A stretch of 64,000 nucleotides of DNA from an uncultured Actinomycetota bacterium (GCA_963700955.1 CAVOZH010000005.1:36561-100560); one strand, 5' to 3'; shown: positions 9,114-18,993, counted from the first letter of the stretch. The notes: a model not told the origin generated them from the sequence alone. Numbers and translations are program-made.

Positions 9114-10400
9114 TCAGAGCGTGCCGCCGACCCGCCACCCCAGACCTGCTGCCGTGGTGGCGAGGTTGCGCCAGTCGGTGTAGTCGGCGAAGCCGCCGGC
9201 TCCGCAGGGCGTGCCGACGACCTGCGGGACGTCCCACCGGGGCGCGGTGAGGTCCGGGGCGCGGGAGAAGTCCATGACCTCGGCCATGTTGCGCGCCGCG
9301 TTGTCCCGCGGGGTCAGCGGCTGCAAGCCCCAGCGCCACTCGATCATCTTCAGCACCGAGGTGTGGTCGTACACGTTGTGCGAGACGTAACGTCGCCGGG
9401 CCCTCGGTGAGATGAGCATGGCCGGGGTGCGGAAGCCCCGCATCCCGGTGCCCAGCTCCGGGGTTGCGTCTGGTGCGGTGGTCGGTGCGACGTGGTCGTA
9501 GAACCCGCCCCACTCGTCGTAGTTGATCACCAGCGCAGTGCGCTCCCACGCCGGCCCGCCCGTGACCGCCTCGTAGACCTGGTTGAGGAAGGACTGGCCG
9601 GCTCGGATGTCGGCGTGGGGATGGTCGTCGGCCGAGGAGCCGGTGCCCTCGTCGAGGAACTTCGGGTCCAGGAACGACACCGCCGGCAGGTCGCCGGTCG
9701 CCGCGTCGGCGAGGAACTGCGGCCAGGTCCGGGCGATCGACAGGTACTTCTCGCCGTACAGCGCCAGGAACGGAACGTCGACGTAGTAGTACGCCCGGGA
9801 CACGCCCTGGTCGGCCAGCCGGTCCCAGATGGTCGGCATGGTGGAGACCGTCGTGGAGTTGTGGATCCGGTCGGTCCGGGCGCTGTGCTGGTAGAAGCGG
9901 TTGGGGTAGGTCTCGGCCAGCGTGGCCGAGAAGTACCGGTCGAAGGTCGTCCAGTACGGCGCCGCGTGACCGTAGAAGGCGAGGTCGCCCTGCTCGTAGT
10001 AGCCGATGGCGAACTCGTCGTTGTCGCCCGAGCGGAGCCAGCCGTCGCACCTGCCGCCGTTGTACTGCACCCGGCCACCCTCGAAGGAGTGGTCCGGGTC
10101 GGGGTGGTCGCAGCCTTGGTAGTCGGTCAGGTGGTGCGTCTTGTGCGGCACGCCGTCCCGGTCGACGTACGTCAGGCCGGCCTGGCGGCCGTCGGCGCCC
10201 TTCATCCAGCCGAAGTAGTGGTCGAACGACCGGTTCTCCATCATCAGCACGATGATGTGGTCGACGCCCGACTGTGACGGTGTGGGCAGCCTGGTCACCG
10301 CCTCGGACGGGGACCGGACCCCGCCGAGGGCGACCGCACCCGCAGCGCCCGCGGCACCTGCAAGGACCTGGCGGCGGCTCAGGCCGCTCCCGTGCGTCAT
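9114..10400 (-). CDS. Phosphoesterase-family protein (phospholipase C / acid phosphatase family) with Tat signal
   Basis: Start moved to ATG 10400 (MTHGSGLSRRQVLAGAAGAAGAVAL = twin-arginine signal). Motifs HIIVLMMENRSFDHYFGW, DDHPHADIRAGQ, NYDEWGGFYDHV. The ATG overlaps the upstream stop (ATGA). Confidence 0.85.
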   Translation of the reverse strand: MTHGSGLSRRQVLAGAAGAAGAVALGGVRSPSEAVTRLPTPSQSGVDHIIVLMMENRSFDHYFGWMKGADGRQAGLTYVDRDGVPHKTHHLTDYQGCDHPDPDHSFEGGRVQYNGGRCDGWLRSGDNDEFAIGYYEQGDLAFYGHAAPYWTTFDRYFSATLAETYPNRFYQHSARTDRIHNSTTVSTMPTIWDRLADQGVSRAYYYVDVPFLALYGEKYLSIARTWPQFLADAATGDLPAVSFLDPKFLDEGTGSSADDHPHADIRAGQSFLNQVYEAVTGGPAWERTALVINYDEWGGFYDHVAPTTAPDATPELGTGMRGFRTPAMLISPRARRRYVSHNVYDHTSVLKMIEWRWGLQPLTPRDNAARNMAEVMDFSRAPDLTAPRWDVPQVVGTPCGAGGFADYTDWRNLATTAAGLGWRVGGTL

Positions 10401-11542
10401 CACGCGGCCCCGAACACGTCGTAGCCGAAGCCCCGCGCCTCGGAGGCGTAGCCCAGCGGCTGGAGGCCGAAGGCGTCCTCGATGCTGCGCAGCAACGAGT
10501 AGTGGTTGTAGGCGGTGTTGTTCCACGAACCGGGCGTGATGTACGGCGAGAGCAGCACTGCCCCGGTACGGCCACCGCCCATGCCGTAGATGCCGGGCAG
10601 GGCCGCGTTCGGTCCGGGGCCCTCGCCGCAGCAGGCGTCCGCGCCGCTCGGGCTGTTGCTGTCGGCCTCGTCGAAGGTGACCACCAGCAGGCCGTCTTGC
10701 TGGTAGGCCGGGGAGGCGAGGATCTTCGGCACCCACGTCTTCAGCCACTCGTCGGCGCTGACCAGGCCGCCCGGACGCCCGTCGACACATGGGCTGTCGT
10801 GCCCGTCGTTGCACAGGTTCGGCGTGATGTAGGTCAGGTTCGCGGTGGTCGAGGTCGCGGCCAGGTCGCCGGAGAGCTGGCTCAGGTCGACGTCGTTCTG
10901 CTGGCAGCTCGCGCTGTCGCGGATGCTCTTGAAGTAGACGAACGGGTTGTGGCGGGCGGCGTACTGGTCACCGACCTCGGCCTGCTGCGTGTCGTCCTGC
11001 GCGTTCGGCTCGGGGTGCCGGCAGGGGGTGCCCATGTCCTCCATGTAGCCCTTCCAGGTGAGGCCCTTCGCCTCGAGCTGGTCGGCAACCGTCTTCACCG
11101 AGGAGGGGTACACGCAGCCGTTGCCCACGGCCTGCTCGGGGGCCACGGTCCCGGTCTGCACGAAGTCGGAGTAGACCTGGCAGTCGCCCTGGGTCTGCGG
11201 GTTCGGGCCCTGGCCGCTGATCTGCGCGATGTAGTTCGGCAGGCTGTTGTGCGCGGTGCCGTAGTACTGCGTGAGGAGCTGGCCCTGCGCGGTCAGGGTC
11301 TTGCTGAGGTACGGCGCGGGGGAGTCGGGGCCGAACGTCTCGTCGTAGCCCTTGTTCTCGAGGTTGACCACGAAGACATGTCCGATGGGCGGAGGAGCTG
11401 CCTTGGCGGTTGCGCGGGACGTCGACGCTGCGGCGGCCGAGGCGCTGGTCGTGAGAGTTGTCGCGGCGGTGCCAGCGACGAGCGTGAGAGCGGCGCTCAG
11501 CGCGACGCTTCCCAGGATGCGTGCACGGCTCAGGGGCGGCAT
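10400..11542 (-). CDS. Secreted phosphoesterase-family protein (AcpA-like acid phosphatase/phospholipase C family)
   Basis: Start moved to ATG 11542 (MPPLSRARILGSVALSAALTLVAG signal peptide). Motifs HVFVVNLENKGYDETFG, HNSLPNYIAQISGQ, TPNLCNDGHD, VVTFDEAD. Confidence 0.8.
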   Translation of the reverse strand: MPPLSRARILGSVALSAALTLVAGTAATTLTTSASAAAASTSRATAKAAPPPIGHVFVVNLENKGYDETFGPDSPAPYLSKTLTAQGQLLTQYYGTAHNSLPNYIAQISGQGPNPQTQGDCQVYSDFVQTGTVAPEQAVGNGCVYPSSVKTVADQLEAKGLTWKGYMEDMGTPCRHPEPNAQDDTQQAEVGDQYAARHNPFVYFKSIRDSASCQQNDVDLSQLSGDLAATSTTANLTYITPNLCNDGHDSPCVDGRPGGLVSADEWLKTWVPKILASPAYQQDGLLVVTFDEADSNSPSGADACCGEGPGPNAALPGIYGMGGGRTGAVLLSPYITPGSWNNTAYNHYSLLRSIEDAFGLQPLGYASEARGFGYDVFGAA

Positions 11543-11728
11543 GTAGGTGGTCCCTTCTCGAGTTCTCTGCAGACCGAGGCCCCCGGCCTCCTGTCCGACC
11601 GGACGTTCCCCCACATGGGTAACGAGACAACCGCAAAAGGGTTAACAGGTGCTGAAGCATGAGGTTCGGCCCTCGGCAGGAGCCCAGAGACACCCTTGAC
11701 AGTGACGCGCAGCACTGATTAGGTCCCC

Positions 11729-11755
11729 TGTAATCGTTGTCAGTAATCGATTTCA
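11729..11755. promoter_or_regulatory. Two tandem LacI-family operators upstream of rbsR
   Basis: TGTAATCGTTGTCA (11729-11742) fits TGWAANCGNTNWCA exactly. AGTAATCGATTTCA (11742-11755) fits with one mismatch. The two share one base and are bracketed by CCCCTG / CAGGGG. Confidence 0.5.
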
Positions 11756-11764
11756 GGGGACAGT

Positions 11765-12775
11765 GTGGCGAACATCCAGGAGGTCGCGAGGCTTGCCGGT
11801 GTGTCGACCGCCACCGTGTCTCGGTTCCTGGCGGGCGGGCACGTCAGGGCAGCAGAAGCCGTCGCTGCCGCCGTCCGTGAGCTGGACTATCGACCCAGCG
11901 CGACCGCGCGGGGCCTGCGCATGGGCCGCCATATGGCAGTCGGCGTCGTCGTCCCCGATATCTCGAATCCCTTCTTCGCCGCGGTGACACGAGGGATCGA
12001 GAACGTCATTGCTCCGGCTGGTCTTCAGGTCGCCATCGCGAACAGCGGTGAGAGCGTGAGTCGTGAGGCCGAACTGGTCGGGGAACTGCAGCGCAGAGTG
12101 GACGGGGTGATTCTGGCGCCGGCCACAGAGACAGATGCAGTGCCCCAACAGCTGGCGGCTTCGGGGATCCCGGTGGTCTTCGTGGACCGAGGCCTGAAGA
12201 AGAGCACTACACCTTTCGACTTCGTGGAGGTCGACAACAGCGCCGGCGCGTCCGCTGCCGCAAACCATCTGGTGGACCTCGGTCACCGCGTCATAGGGAT
12301 GATCAGTGGTCCGCTTTCGTGCACGCCCGGGCGAGAGCGTTACGAGGGCTTCCTCTCAGCATTGGCCGAGCGAGGCATGAGTATCCGCCCCTCGAACATC
12401 GAGTTCGCCGACTTCAAGGAGTCCGGCGGCAACGCGGCGATGCGCCGCCTGCTCGACAAGTCCGAGCGGCCGTCGGCCGTGTTCATCGCCAACAATCTCA
12501 TGAGCATCGGTGGGTTGAAGGCTGTCCGTGAGCTTGGCCTCCGCATTCCCGGCGACCTCTCGGTCGTGGGCTTCGACGACCTCGATCTGGGACCGCTCCT
12601 CGACCCGCCTTACACGGTGATCGACCGGCCGACGATCACGCAGGGTGAGGCCGCTGGTCGGCTGATGCTGGAGCGCCTGCAAGACCCGACGCGACCTCAA
12701 CAATCACTAGTGATGCCCGTAAGCCTCGTCGTGCGCGCGTCCACCTCACCACCCTCCGGAGATTCACATGAGTAA
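11765..12775 (+). CDS. rbsR: LacI-family transcriptional regulator (ribose operon repressor-like)
   Basis: GTG start. HTH MANIQEVARLAGVSTATVSRFL followed by a periplasmic-binding-protein-like sugar domain. It is the first gene of the ribose operon. Confidence 0.85.
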   Translation: MANIQEVARLAGVSTATVSRFLAGGHVRAAEAVAAAVRELDYRPSATARGLRMGRHMAVGVVVPDISNPFFAAVTRGIENVIAPAGLQVAIANSGESVSREAELVGELQRRVDGVILAPATETDAVPQQLAASGIPVVFVDRGLKKSTTPFDFVEVDNSAGASAAANHLVDLGHRVIGMISGPLSCTPGRERYEGFLSALAERGMSIRPSNIEFADFKESGGNAAMRRLLDKSERPSAVFIANNLMSIGGLKAVRELGLRIPGDLSVVGFDDLDLGPLLDPPYTVIDRPTITQGEAAGRLMLERLQDPTRPQQSLVMPVSLVVRASTSPPSGDSHE

Positions 12776-13715
12776 CCGTGGAGTCCTTGTCGTCGGCAGC
12801 ATCACCGCCGATGTGACCGCGTTCGGGCCGCGGCGGCCAAGCCCGGGCGAGACGATCCTCGGCACCGATTTCACTCTCGTCCTCGGAGGCAAGGGGGCCA
12901 ACCAGGCAATCTCCGCGGCGCGGGCGGGCGCCCCGACCTGGATGGCCGGCTGCGTCGGCGACGACCTGTTTCAGAGCGTCGTGCTCGAGGGACTTCGCCG
13001 AGAGGGGATCGGGACAGACCACATTGCCGTCATTCCGGGGCCGACCGGAGTCGCGCACATCCGGGTGGATGCGGCTGGCGAGAACGACATCGTGATGGTC
13101 CCGCTGGCCAACGGCGCCCTGACCGAGGAAGCCGTCGAGGCCGCGATCGTTCGGTCCCAGGAACGCGTCAACGTGTTGCTTCTGCAGCTGGAGATACCTA
13201 CGTCGGTGGCAGTCCACGCCGCTCGTACCGCTCATCGACTCGGAATCACCGTCGTGCTGGATCCGGCGCCCGCTGCAGGGCTGCACGACGACGCGTGGGC
13301 TTTCGCAGATGTGGTCACCCCTAACGAGTCCGAGGCCTCCACTCTTACGGGCGTCGAGGTGACAGACCGAGCCACCGCGCGCAAAGCCGCAGAGTGGTTC
13401 ATCGACCGCGGCGTCAACCGAGCGGTGATCACGATGGGTGGTCACGGCGCGGTCAGCGTCGACCGGCATGGCTACACCGAACATGTTCCGTTCCCTGCAA
13501 AGGCTGTGGACACCACCGCCGCAGGCGATGCGTTCGCAGGCATGCTCGGCGCGAGTCTCGGCAGCGGAATGCCTTGGGAAGCAGCTCTTCAACGCGCAAT
13601 GGCCGCCGGTGCACTCGCCGTGACAGTTCCCGGTGCCAGCCCAAGCCTTCCCACTGCTGAGGCGGTCACCGCACTGATCGAAAAGCACGGAGGACAGGAG
13701 ATCGCTGATGCGTAG
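12768..13715 (+). CDS. rbsK: Ribokinase
   Basis: VVGSITADV...GGKGANQA...TPNESEA...DTTAAGDAF motifs of the PfkB/ribokinase family. Overlaps rbsR by 8 nt. Confidence 0.9.
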   Translation: MSNRGVLVVGSITADVTAFGPRRPSPGETILGTDFTLVLGGKGANQAISAARAGAPTWMAGCVGDDLFQSVVLEGLRREGIGTDHIAVIPGPTGVAHIRVDAAGENDIVMVPLANGALTEEAVEAAIVRSQERVNVLLLQLEIPTSVAVHAARTAHRLGITVVLDPAPAAGLHDDAWAFADVVTPNESEASTLTGVEVTDRATARKAAEWFIDRGVNRAVITMGGHGAVSVDRHGYTEHVPFPAKAVDTTAAGDAFAGMLGASLGSGMPWEAALQRAMAAGALAVTVPGASPSLPTAEAVTALIEKHGGQEIADA

Positions 13716-14112
13716 CAACAACGGGACTCTCAATGGTCAGCTGGCCAGGGTCATCTCGGAGATCGGCCACACAGACCTCCTTGTCGTGACCGACGCCGGC
13801 CTGCCGATTCCACGGCACGTCGAGCGAGTCGATCTTGCGCTGAAAGAGGGCGTCCCCGCGTTTCTCGACGTACTCGACACGGTGCTCTCCGAACTACAGA
13901 TCGAAGCTGCGACGGTGCCCGCCGAGATCGCGAACCACAGCCCCGAGATGCTGGCCCGGCTTCGGGCCCGTCTCGAGGCCGCGGGTGTCGATGTCACCTT
14001 GGTCCCGCACGTCGAGTTCAAGGCACGCACAGCGGATGCCCGCGCAGCTGTCAGGTCCGGTGAGTTCACTCCTTACGCCAACGTGCTGCTCCGAGCCGGC
14101 GTCGTCTACTGA
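13708..14112 (+). CDS. rbsD: D-ribose pyranase
   Basis: 134 aa. GTLNGQLARVISEIGHTDLLVVTDAGLPIP...YANVLLRAGVVY is an RbsD/FucU signature. Confidence 0.9.
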   Translation: MRSNNGTLNGQLARVISEIGHTDLLVVTDAGLPIPRHVERVDLALKEGVPAFLDVLDTVLSELQIEAATVPAEIANHSPEMLARLRARLEAAGVDVTLVPHVEFKARTADARAAVRSGEFTPYANVLLRAGVVY

Positions 14113-14121
14113 GGACCGACC

Positions 14122-15615
14122 ATGAGACTGCAGCTGAAGGGTGTCAGGAAACGGTTCGGCGACAACGAGGTCCTCAAGGGGATTGACCTGACGGTTGAAC
14201 CGGGAGAGATCCTTGCCCTGGTAGGAGAGAACGGCGCCGGAAAGTCGACGCTCACCAGGGTGATCTCCGGTGCTCACCAGCCGAACTCCGGCGCTATCGA
14301 GATCGATGGTGAGGAGGTTCGGTTCCACAAGCCTCAAGACGCCATGGCGGTGGGGATCCAGGTCATCTACCAGGAGTTCCGGCAGAATCTGTTCCCACAC
14401 CTCGACGTCGCCCAGAACCTCTTCATGCTCGACAAGGGGGGAAGATTCGGTCGACTGTTCGTTCGGCGCAAGGCCATGCGCCAAGCCGCAACAGAACTGC
14501 TGGGTCGCGTCGGTCTGGACGTGGACACCAGCCGCGAGGTCGGCTCACTGTCCGTCGCTCAGCAACAACAGCTGGAGATCGCCAAGGCCATCAGCGAGGA
14601 CGTCCAGCTCCTGATCCTCGACGAACCCACAGCAGCGCTCGATGAGACGGAGTCGCAGTTCCTCTTCGACCAGGTGCGCCGACTGCGCGACGAGGGCGTG
14701 GCCATCGTGTACATCAGCCACAGGCTCAAAGAGGTCTTCGACCTCGCGGACCGCATCGCCGTTCTCCGTGACGGTCAGGTCGCGTTGAACGAAATGCCTG
14801 GGCTCCTGACCGAGACCGACGTCGTCACGGCCATGGCGGGCCGAAGTGTGGAAGATCTCTATCCCCGTCACGCACGTCCTTCCGACCAGCCGCGGCTCGA
14901 GCTGGTCAACGCGGGGGTCGCCGGAGTGTTCCAGGACCTTGACGTAACCGTCCACGCCGGAGAGGTCGTGGGCATCGGTGGCGTCGCCGGCTCAGGTAAG
15001 GGCGACATCCCTCGGGCGGTGTTCGGCCTGCGCCGGCTGACGAGCGGAGTGGTGCGCCTGGACGGGCAGGAGATCGACATCCGGACTCCCCGCCAGGCCA
15101 TCGACGCAGGGATGGCGTACATAACGCCGGACCGCCAGGCAGAGGGCCTCACACTCCTTCAGTCAGTCAGCGACAACGTCGCTCTCGCTTCTCTGCCGAG
15201 CTTTTCCAAGGGCGGCTGGGTGGCTCGGAGAAAAGAGCGTGACGCAGCGGAAGGGATCGTCCAGCAACTCGGAATCCGGACACCATCGGTGGACACCGAG
15301 GCGGGTCAGCTCTCGGGTGGCAACCAGCAGAAGACGCTGTTTGGGCGTTGGGTGCTACGCAGCCCGAAAGTCCTGCTGATGGAGGAGCCGACGAGAGGTG
15401 TCGACGTCGCGGCGAAGGCCGACATCTACAAGATCATCGACGAGCAGACCCGACAGGGCGCGGCAGTCCTTCTGGTCTCCTCGGATCTCCCCGAGCTCGT
15501 CGCGATGTGTGACCGAGTGATCGTGGTCCGGCACGGCCGGGCCGTTGCCGAACTCAGCGGACGGTCACTCAACGAACAGTCCGTTCTCGAGCATGCCCTG
15601 GAGAGTGCATCGTGA
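14122..15615 (+). CDS. rbsA: Sugar (ribose) ABC transporter ATP-binding protein, duplicated ATPase
   Basis: 497 aa. Walker A GENGAGKST, signature LSVAQQQQLEIA, second cassette with LSGGNQQK. Confidence 0.9.
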   Translation: MRLQLKGVRKRFGDNEVLKGIDLTVEPGEILALVGENGAGKSTLTRVISGAHQPNSGAIEIDGEEVRFHKPQDAMAVGIQVIYQEFRQNLFPHLDVAQNLFMLDKGGRFGRLFVRRKAMRQAATELLGRVGLDVDTSREVGSLSVAQQQQLEIAKAISEDVQLLILDEPTAALDETESQFLFDQVRRLRDEGVAIVYISHRLKEVFDLADRIAVLRDGQVALNEMPGLLTETDVVTAMAGRSVEDLYPRHARPSDQPRLELVNAGVAGVFQDLDVTVHAGEVVGIGGVAGSGKGDIPRAVFGLRRLTSGVVRLDGQEIDIRTPRQAIDAGMAYITPDRQAEGLTLLQSVSDNVALASLPSFSKGGWVARRKERDAAEGIVQQLGIRTPSVDTEAGQLSGGNQQKTLFGRWVLRSPKVLLMEEPTRGVDVAAKADIYKIIDEQTRQGAAVLLVSSDLPELVAMCDRVIVVRHGRAVAELSGRSLNEQSVLEHALESAS

Positions 15616-16607
15616 GCCAAACGCTCGGCTTGTTAGGCCGTGAACTCCGCGCCATCTGGATGCTCCTGCTGGTGGGACTCCTTCTTTTCATCGCCACACC
15701 CGACTTCCTGACAACGGGGAACCTTCTCAACGTGGTGCTGGCGACGTCGGCAACGGCCTTGCTGGCGGCCGGCCAGACCTACGTGATCATCCTGGCCGAG
15801 ATCGACCTCTCTGTCGGGGCGGTCATGGGGCTCGCCGGGGTCACAGCAGCTTTGGTGCTGAGAGATCACGGAACATCGCTCGCTGTCATGGCGGGCCTCC
15901 TCGTCGGCGCGGGCGCTGGGCTGGTGAACGGACTGCTCGTCACGAAGGCCCGGATGCCGTCGTTCATCGCAACCCTGGCAATGATGTCTGTGCTTGCTGG
16001 ACTGACCTTGCGCATCACCGAGGGAAACCCGGTAGCTGTCAACAACCAGGCGTTCCTCGCCATCGGTCAGGCGAAGCCGCTTGGAGTTCCGGCGCCGATC
16101 TGGATCATGGTGGCCTGCTTCGTGGTGTTCGGAGTGTTGTTGGCGCGCAGCCAGTTCGGCCGTCACATCTACGCCGTCGGGGACAACGCGGAGGCGGCCA
16201 GGCTCTCAGGAATCCCGGTCGACCGAGTCAAGATCTACGCCTTCGTCATCAGTGGCGTGCTCTCGGCCGCGGGCGGCTTCATCCTGACGGCACGGCTCGG
16301 CACGGCACAGCCGACAGCCGGGACGGGCATGGAGCTGGCGGCCATCGCGGCTGTCATCATCGGCGGAACCAGCCTGGCCGGTGGCCGCGGAGCACTCGTC
16401 GGGACTGCCATCGGTGCTGTGCTCCTCGGCACGATCGACAACGGCCTCAACCTCCTCGACGTTTCGCCGTTCCTTCAGGACGTCGTCAAGGGCCTCGTCA
16501 TCCTCTTCGCCGTGTTCATCGATCGGAACTCGGCAGTTCTCACCCGAGCATTCGAGCGCCTTCCCAGGCCCCGCACCACCGGCACCGTGCCGTCGACAAC
16601 CAACTAG
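15612..16607 (+). CDS. rbsC: Ribose ABC transporter permease
   Basis: 331-aa multi-pass membrane protein of the RbsC/AraH type (…AIAAVIIGGTSLAGGRG…). 4-nt overlap with rbsA. Confidence 0.9.
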   Translation: MSQTLGLLGRELRAIWMLLLVGLLLFIATPDFLTTGNLLNVVLATSATALLAAGQTYVIILAEIDLSVGAVMGLAGVTAALVLRDHGTSLAVMAGLLVGAGAGLVNGLLVTKARMPSFIATLAMMSVLAGLTLRITEGNPVAVNNQAFLAIGQAKPLGVPAPIWIMVACFVVFGVLLARSQFGRHIYAVGDNAEAARLSGIPVDRVKIYAFVISGVLSAAGGFILTARLGTAQPTAGTGMELAAIAAVIIGGTSLAGGRGALVGTAIGAVLLGTIDNGLNLLDVSPFLQDVVKGLVILFAVFIDRNSAVLTRAFERLPRPRTTGTVPSTTN

Positions 16608-16619
16608 ATCGGAGTCATC

Positions 16620-17606
16620 ATGCGTTTGCCCAAGACTGCACTGGCGATTGCACTCGCCACCACGACGGTGCTGGCTTTCAGCGGCTGCGGCCGTGGCGAG
16701 GCCGGCGGTGCCGAAGGTGGCTCCCACAGCGCCACCCTGGTGATGAGCACGCTCAACAACCCCTTCTTCGTCTCGGTAGCCGACGGCGCCAAGGATGGTG
16801 CGAAGGAGCTTGGCATGGACCTCAGCGTCCAGAACGCCAACAACAGTGACCAGGAGGCTCTCAACCTCACGATCGACGCGGTGACCAAGAAGCCCGATGT
16901 CCTCATCATCGACCCGGTCAGTAGCCAGGGCGGTGCCGCGATGGTGAAGCAGGGTAACCAGGCGTCGGTGCCCGTCATGGCCTTCGACCGTCAGCCTCAG
17001 TCGGGCGACCTGGCCAACTTCATCGGCTACGACGCGATTGCCGCAGGCAAGGCCGGCGCCGAGGCGCTCGCCGAGTCGGTGGGTGAGAAGGGCAAGATCG
17101 TAGAGATCCAAGGGATCATGGGCACCAATGTCGCCCAGGACAGAAGCAAGGGTTTCGAAGAGCAGATCAAGACCTACCCCGGAATCCAGGTCGTGTCCAC
17201 CCAGGCGGCAGACTTCGACCGTGGCAAGGCACTCGATGTCATGACCAACATCCTTCAGGCGCATCCTGACGTCGACGGCGTCTACGCGGCAAACGACGAA
17301 ATGGCCCTTGGTGTCGTGGCGGCACTCAAGAGCCGCGGTCTGGCCGGCAAGGTGCAGGTAGTCGGGAACGACGGAATCGCCGACGCTCTCAAGGCTGTCT
17401 CCGCCGGTGACATGTACGCGACACACGCAGAGTCGCCGTACTCCCTGGGCAAGGAAGTCATCAAGATCGCCAACTCCATCGCGTCTGGTGACTCGCCCGG
17501 TGAGAACAAGGTTCTCGAGGGCACGCTCGTGAAGAAGGCGGACGTGCAGGCCTACTGCGCTGAGCTGAAGAAGATCGGCGACACCGATACCTGCAAGGGA
17601 CTGTGA
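16620..17606 (+). CDS. rbsB: Ribose ABC transporter substrate-binding lipoprotein
   Basis: Lipobox LAFSGCG. PBP type-1 sugar-binding features (NPFFVSV..., ANDEMALG). Confidence 0.9.
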   Translation: MRLPKTALAIALATTTVLAFSGCGRGEAGGAEGGSHSATLVMSTLNNPFFVSVADGAKDGAKELGMDLSVQNANNSDQEALNLTIDAVTKKPDVLIIDPVSSQGGAAMVKQGNQASVPVMAFDRQPQSGDLANFIGYDAIAAGKAGAEALAESVGEKGKIVEIQGIMGTNVAQDRSKGFEEQIKTYPGIQVVSTQAADFDRGKALDVMTNILQAHPDVDGVYAANDEMALGVVAALKSRGLAGKVQVVGNDGIADALKAVSAGDMYATHAESPYSLGKEVIKIANSIASGDSPGENKVLEGTLVKKADVQAYCAELKKIGDTDTCKGL

Positions 17607-17613
17607 CCGTTAG

Positions 17614-17640
17614 CCCGGGCCGGACCTCGTCCGGTCCGGG
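17614..17640. terminator. GC-rich hairpin between convergent rbsB and MBL genes
   Basis: CCCGGGCCGGAC-ctc-GTCCGGTCCGGG: 12-bp stem with one mismatch. No U-tract, as is usual in high-GC actinobacteria. Confidence 0.4.
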
Positions 17641-17696
17641 CAGGCCCTCGCAAGGATGGACGTGACCGGTGTGGTCAAGTCGCTCGAGGCTCCTTG

Positions 17697-18659
17697 TCAG
17701 GGGGCCTGGATGAGGATCTCCTCGCCTACCCGCAGCGACCGGTAGCGGTCGCCGAACGCCTCCCCGAACATGGAGAGGGTCCACGGAGTGCTGTCGTGGC
17801 CCGAGAGCGCCACGAGGCCCGGTCCCCGCTCGTCGATGGTCTCGATGACGGCGTGCACGTCCGCCTCGGTGATCGGACGCCACGGCCAGTTCGGGGTGCC
17901 CAGCACGGCCTGCGGCACGAGCGGCGTACCGATCGGGTGCACGGGCAGGTGCAGCCCGCCGATCACCGCGTGGACCGGCGCGTCGACGACCTGTTCGGCG
18001 GCCGCGAGCATGACCTCGATCTCGGGGTGACCGCAGCCGGTGACCAGCACCAACCCGCGCCCACGGACGTTGACGACCAGCGCTTGCTCGGCAACCGGCC
18101 CCAGCCAGAACAGCATGCGAGGCATCGGTGGGAGGACGGCGACACCCGGGCCGAGGACCCTGGCTTCCTCGACCAGACACAGGTCGGCGCGCGGGTGGCT
18201 CATCTCGGTGGGCACGAACGCCGGCAGTGACCGCGGCACCGACTGTCCGGTCCCGAACGTGAAGGTACGCCGGAGCTGCGACCGCAGCCCGCCGACATGG
18301 TCGAGGTGCAGGTGCGAGATGACGAGGCAGTCGAGGTCGTCGAGCGCGACGCCGAGGGCGCGGACGTTCGCCTCGAGGGCGGTCTCGTCGCCGCCGGTGC
18401 CGAGCCCGCAGTCGAACAGCAGGGTCAGGTCGTCGGCGCGCACGAGGTAGGACACGCCAGGTTCGCCGTGCAGGCCCGGACCACGCGTCAGCCGCTCGAC
18501 GACCGGGAGGATCGACAGTGACTCCACCTCTCCGAGGCTCGACAGTCTGCTGTCGAGCTCGGCGACGGTGTGCCGGCTCGCCTTGTCACGGCCGGAGACG
18601 TACCGCCCGGCCAGCGCAGCAGCGACGGACGCTGCGAGGGCAAGACCTTGCGAGCGCAT
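17697..18659 (-). CDS. MBL-fold metallo-hydrolase
   Basis: Start moved to ATG 18659 with GGAGG upstream. Motif VISHLHLDHVGGL and TGCGHPE. Confidence 0.8.
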   Translation of the reverse strand: MRSQGLALAASVAAALAGRYVSGRDKASRHTVAELDSRLSSLGEVESLSILPVVERLTRGPGLHGEPGVSYLVRADDLTLLFDCGLGTGGDETALEANVRALGVALDDLDCLVISHLHLDHVGGLRSQLRRTFTFGTGQSVPRSLPAFVPTEMSHPRADLCLVEEARVLGPGVAVLPPMPRMLFWLGPVAEQALVVNVRGRGLVLVTGCGHPEIEVMLAAAEQVVDAPVHAVIGGLHLPVHPIGTPLVPQAVLGTPNWPWRPITEADVHAVIETIDERGPGLVALSGHDSTPWTLSMFGEAFGDRYRSLRVGEEILIQAP

Positions 18660-18993
18660 GGTGCACCTCCAGATCCAGGCTCCGCCCGGGTATGGATCCG
18701 GAGCCAGGGACGAAGGTCCCTCGCACACCGCTGGCGCTCCGCCTGTGAGACCGGCCAGGCGCGGGCACGGTTCGACCCGCGGCGGCCAGCGGCCGGAGAG
18801 CTGAGACCCGTGCACGGCCCCGGCGCTGCGAGTCGCCGCGACGCTCGCGGGTGGCGCGCAGTTCCTCCCCGCGGCTGTCGGCCATCAGACCGGCCATCCC
18901 ATCGCCGACGTACCGGAAGGTGACGCGCAGGCTGGCCCGGGGGACCGAAGACACTTTGTGGAGCCGAGGAGAATCGGCCGGGGAGGAGGGATA

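Noticed and set aside
11617-11646. PHO-box call for the GTTACCC/GTTAACC heptamers upstream of the phosphoesterase operon
   Set aside because: There are only two loosely matching heptamers at 23-nt spacing, with no 11-nt phased array. That is too weak for a feature call.
18801-18809. CTGAGACCC in the 300-nt MBL/SRPBCC intergenic region as a possible third THI-box
   Set aside because: The obligatory ACCUGAUC.GG...CC.GCG.AGGGA half is absent on either strand. I recognised no other riboswitch consensus in that region.
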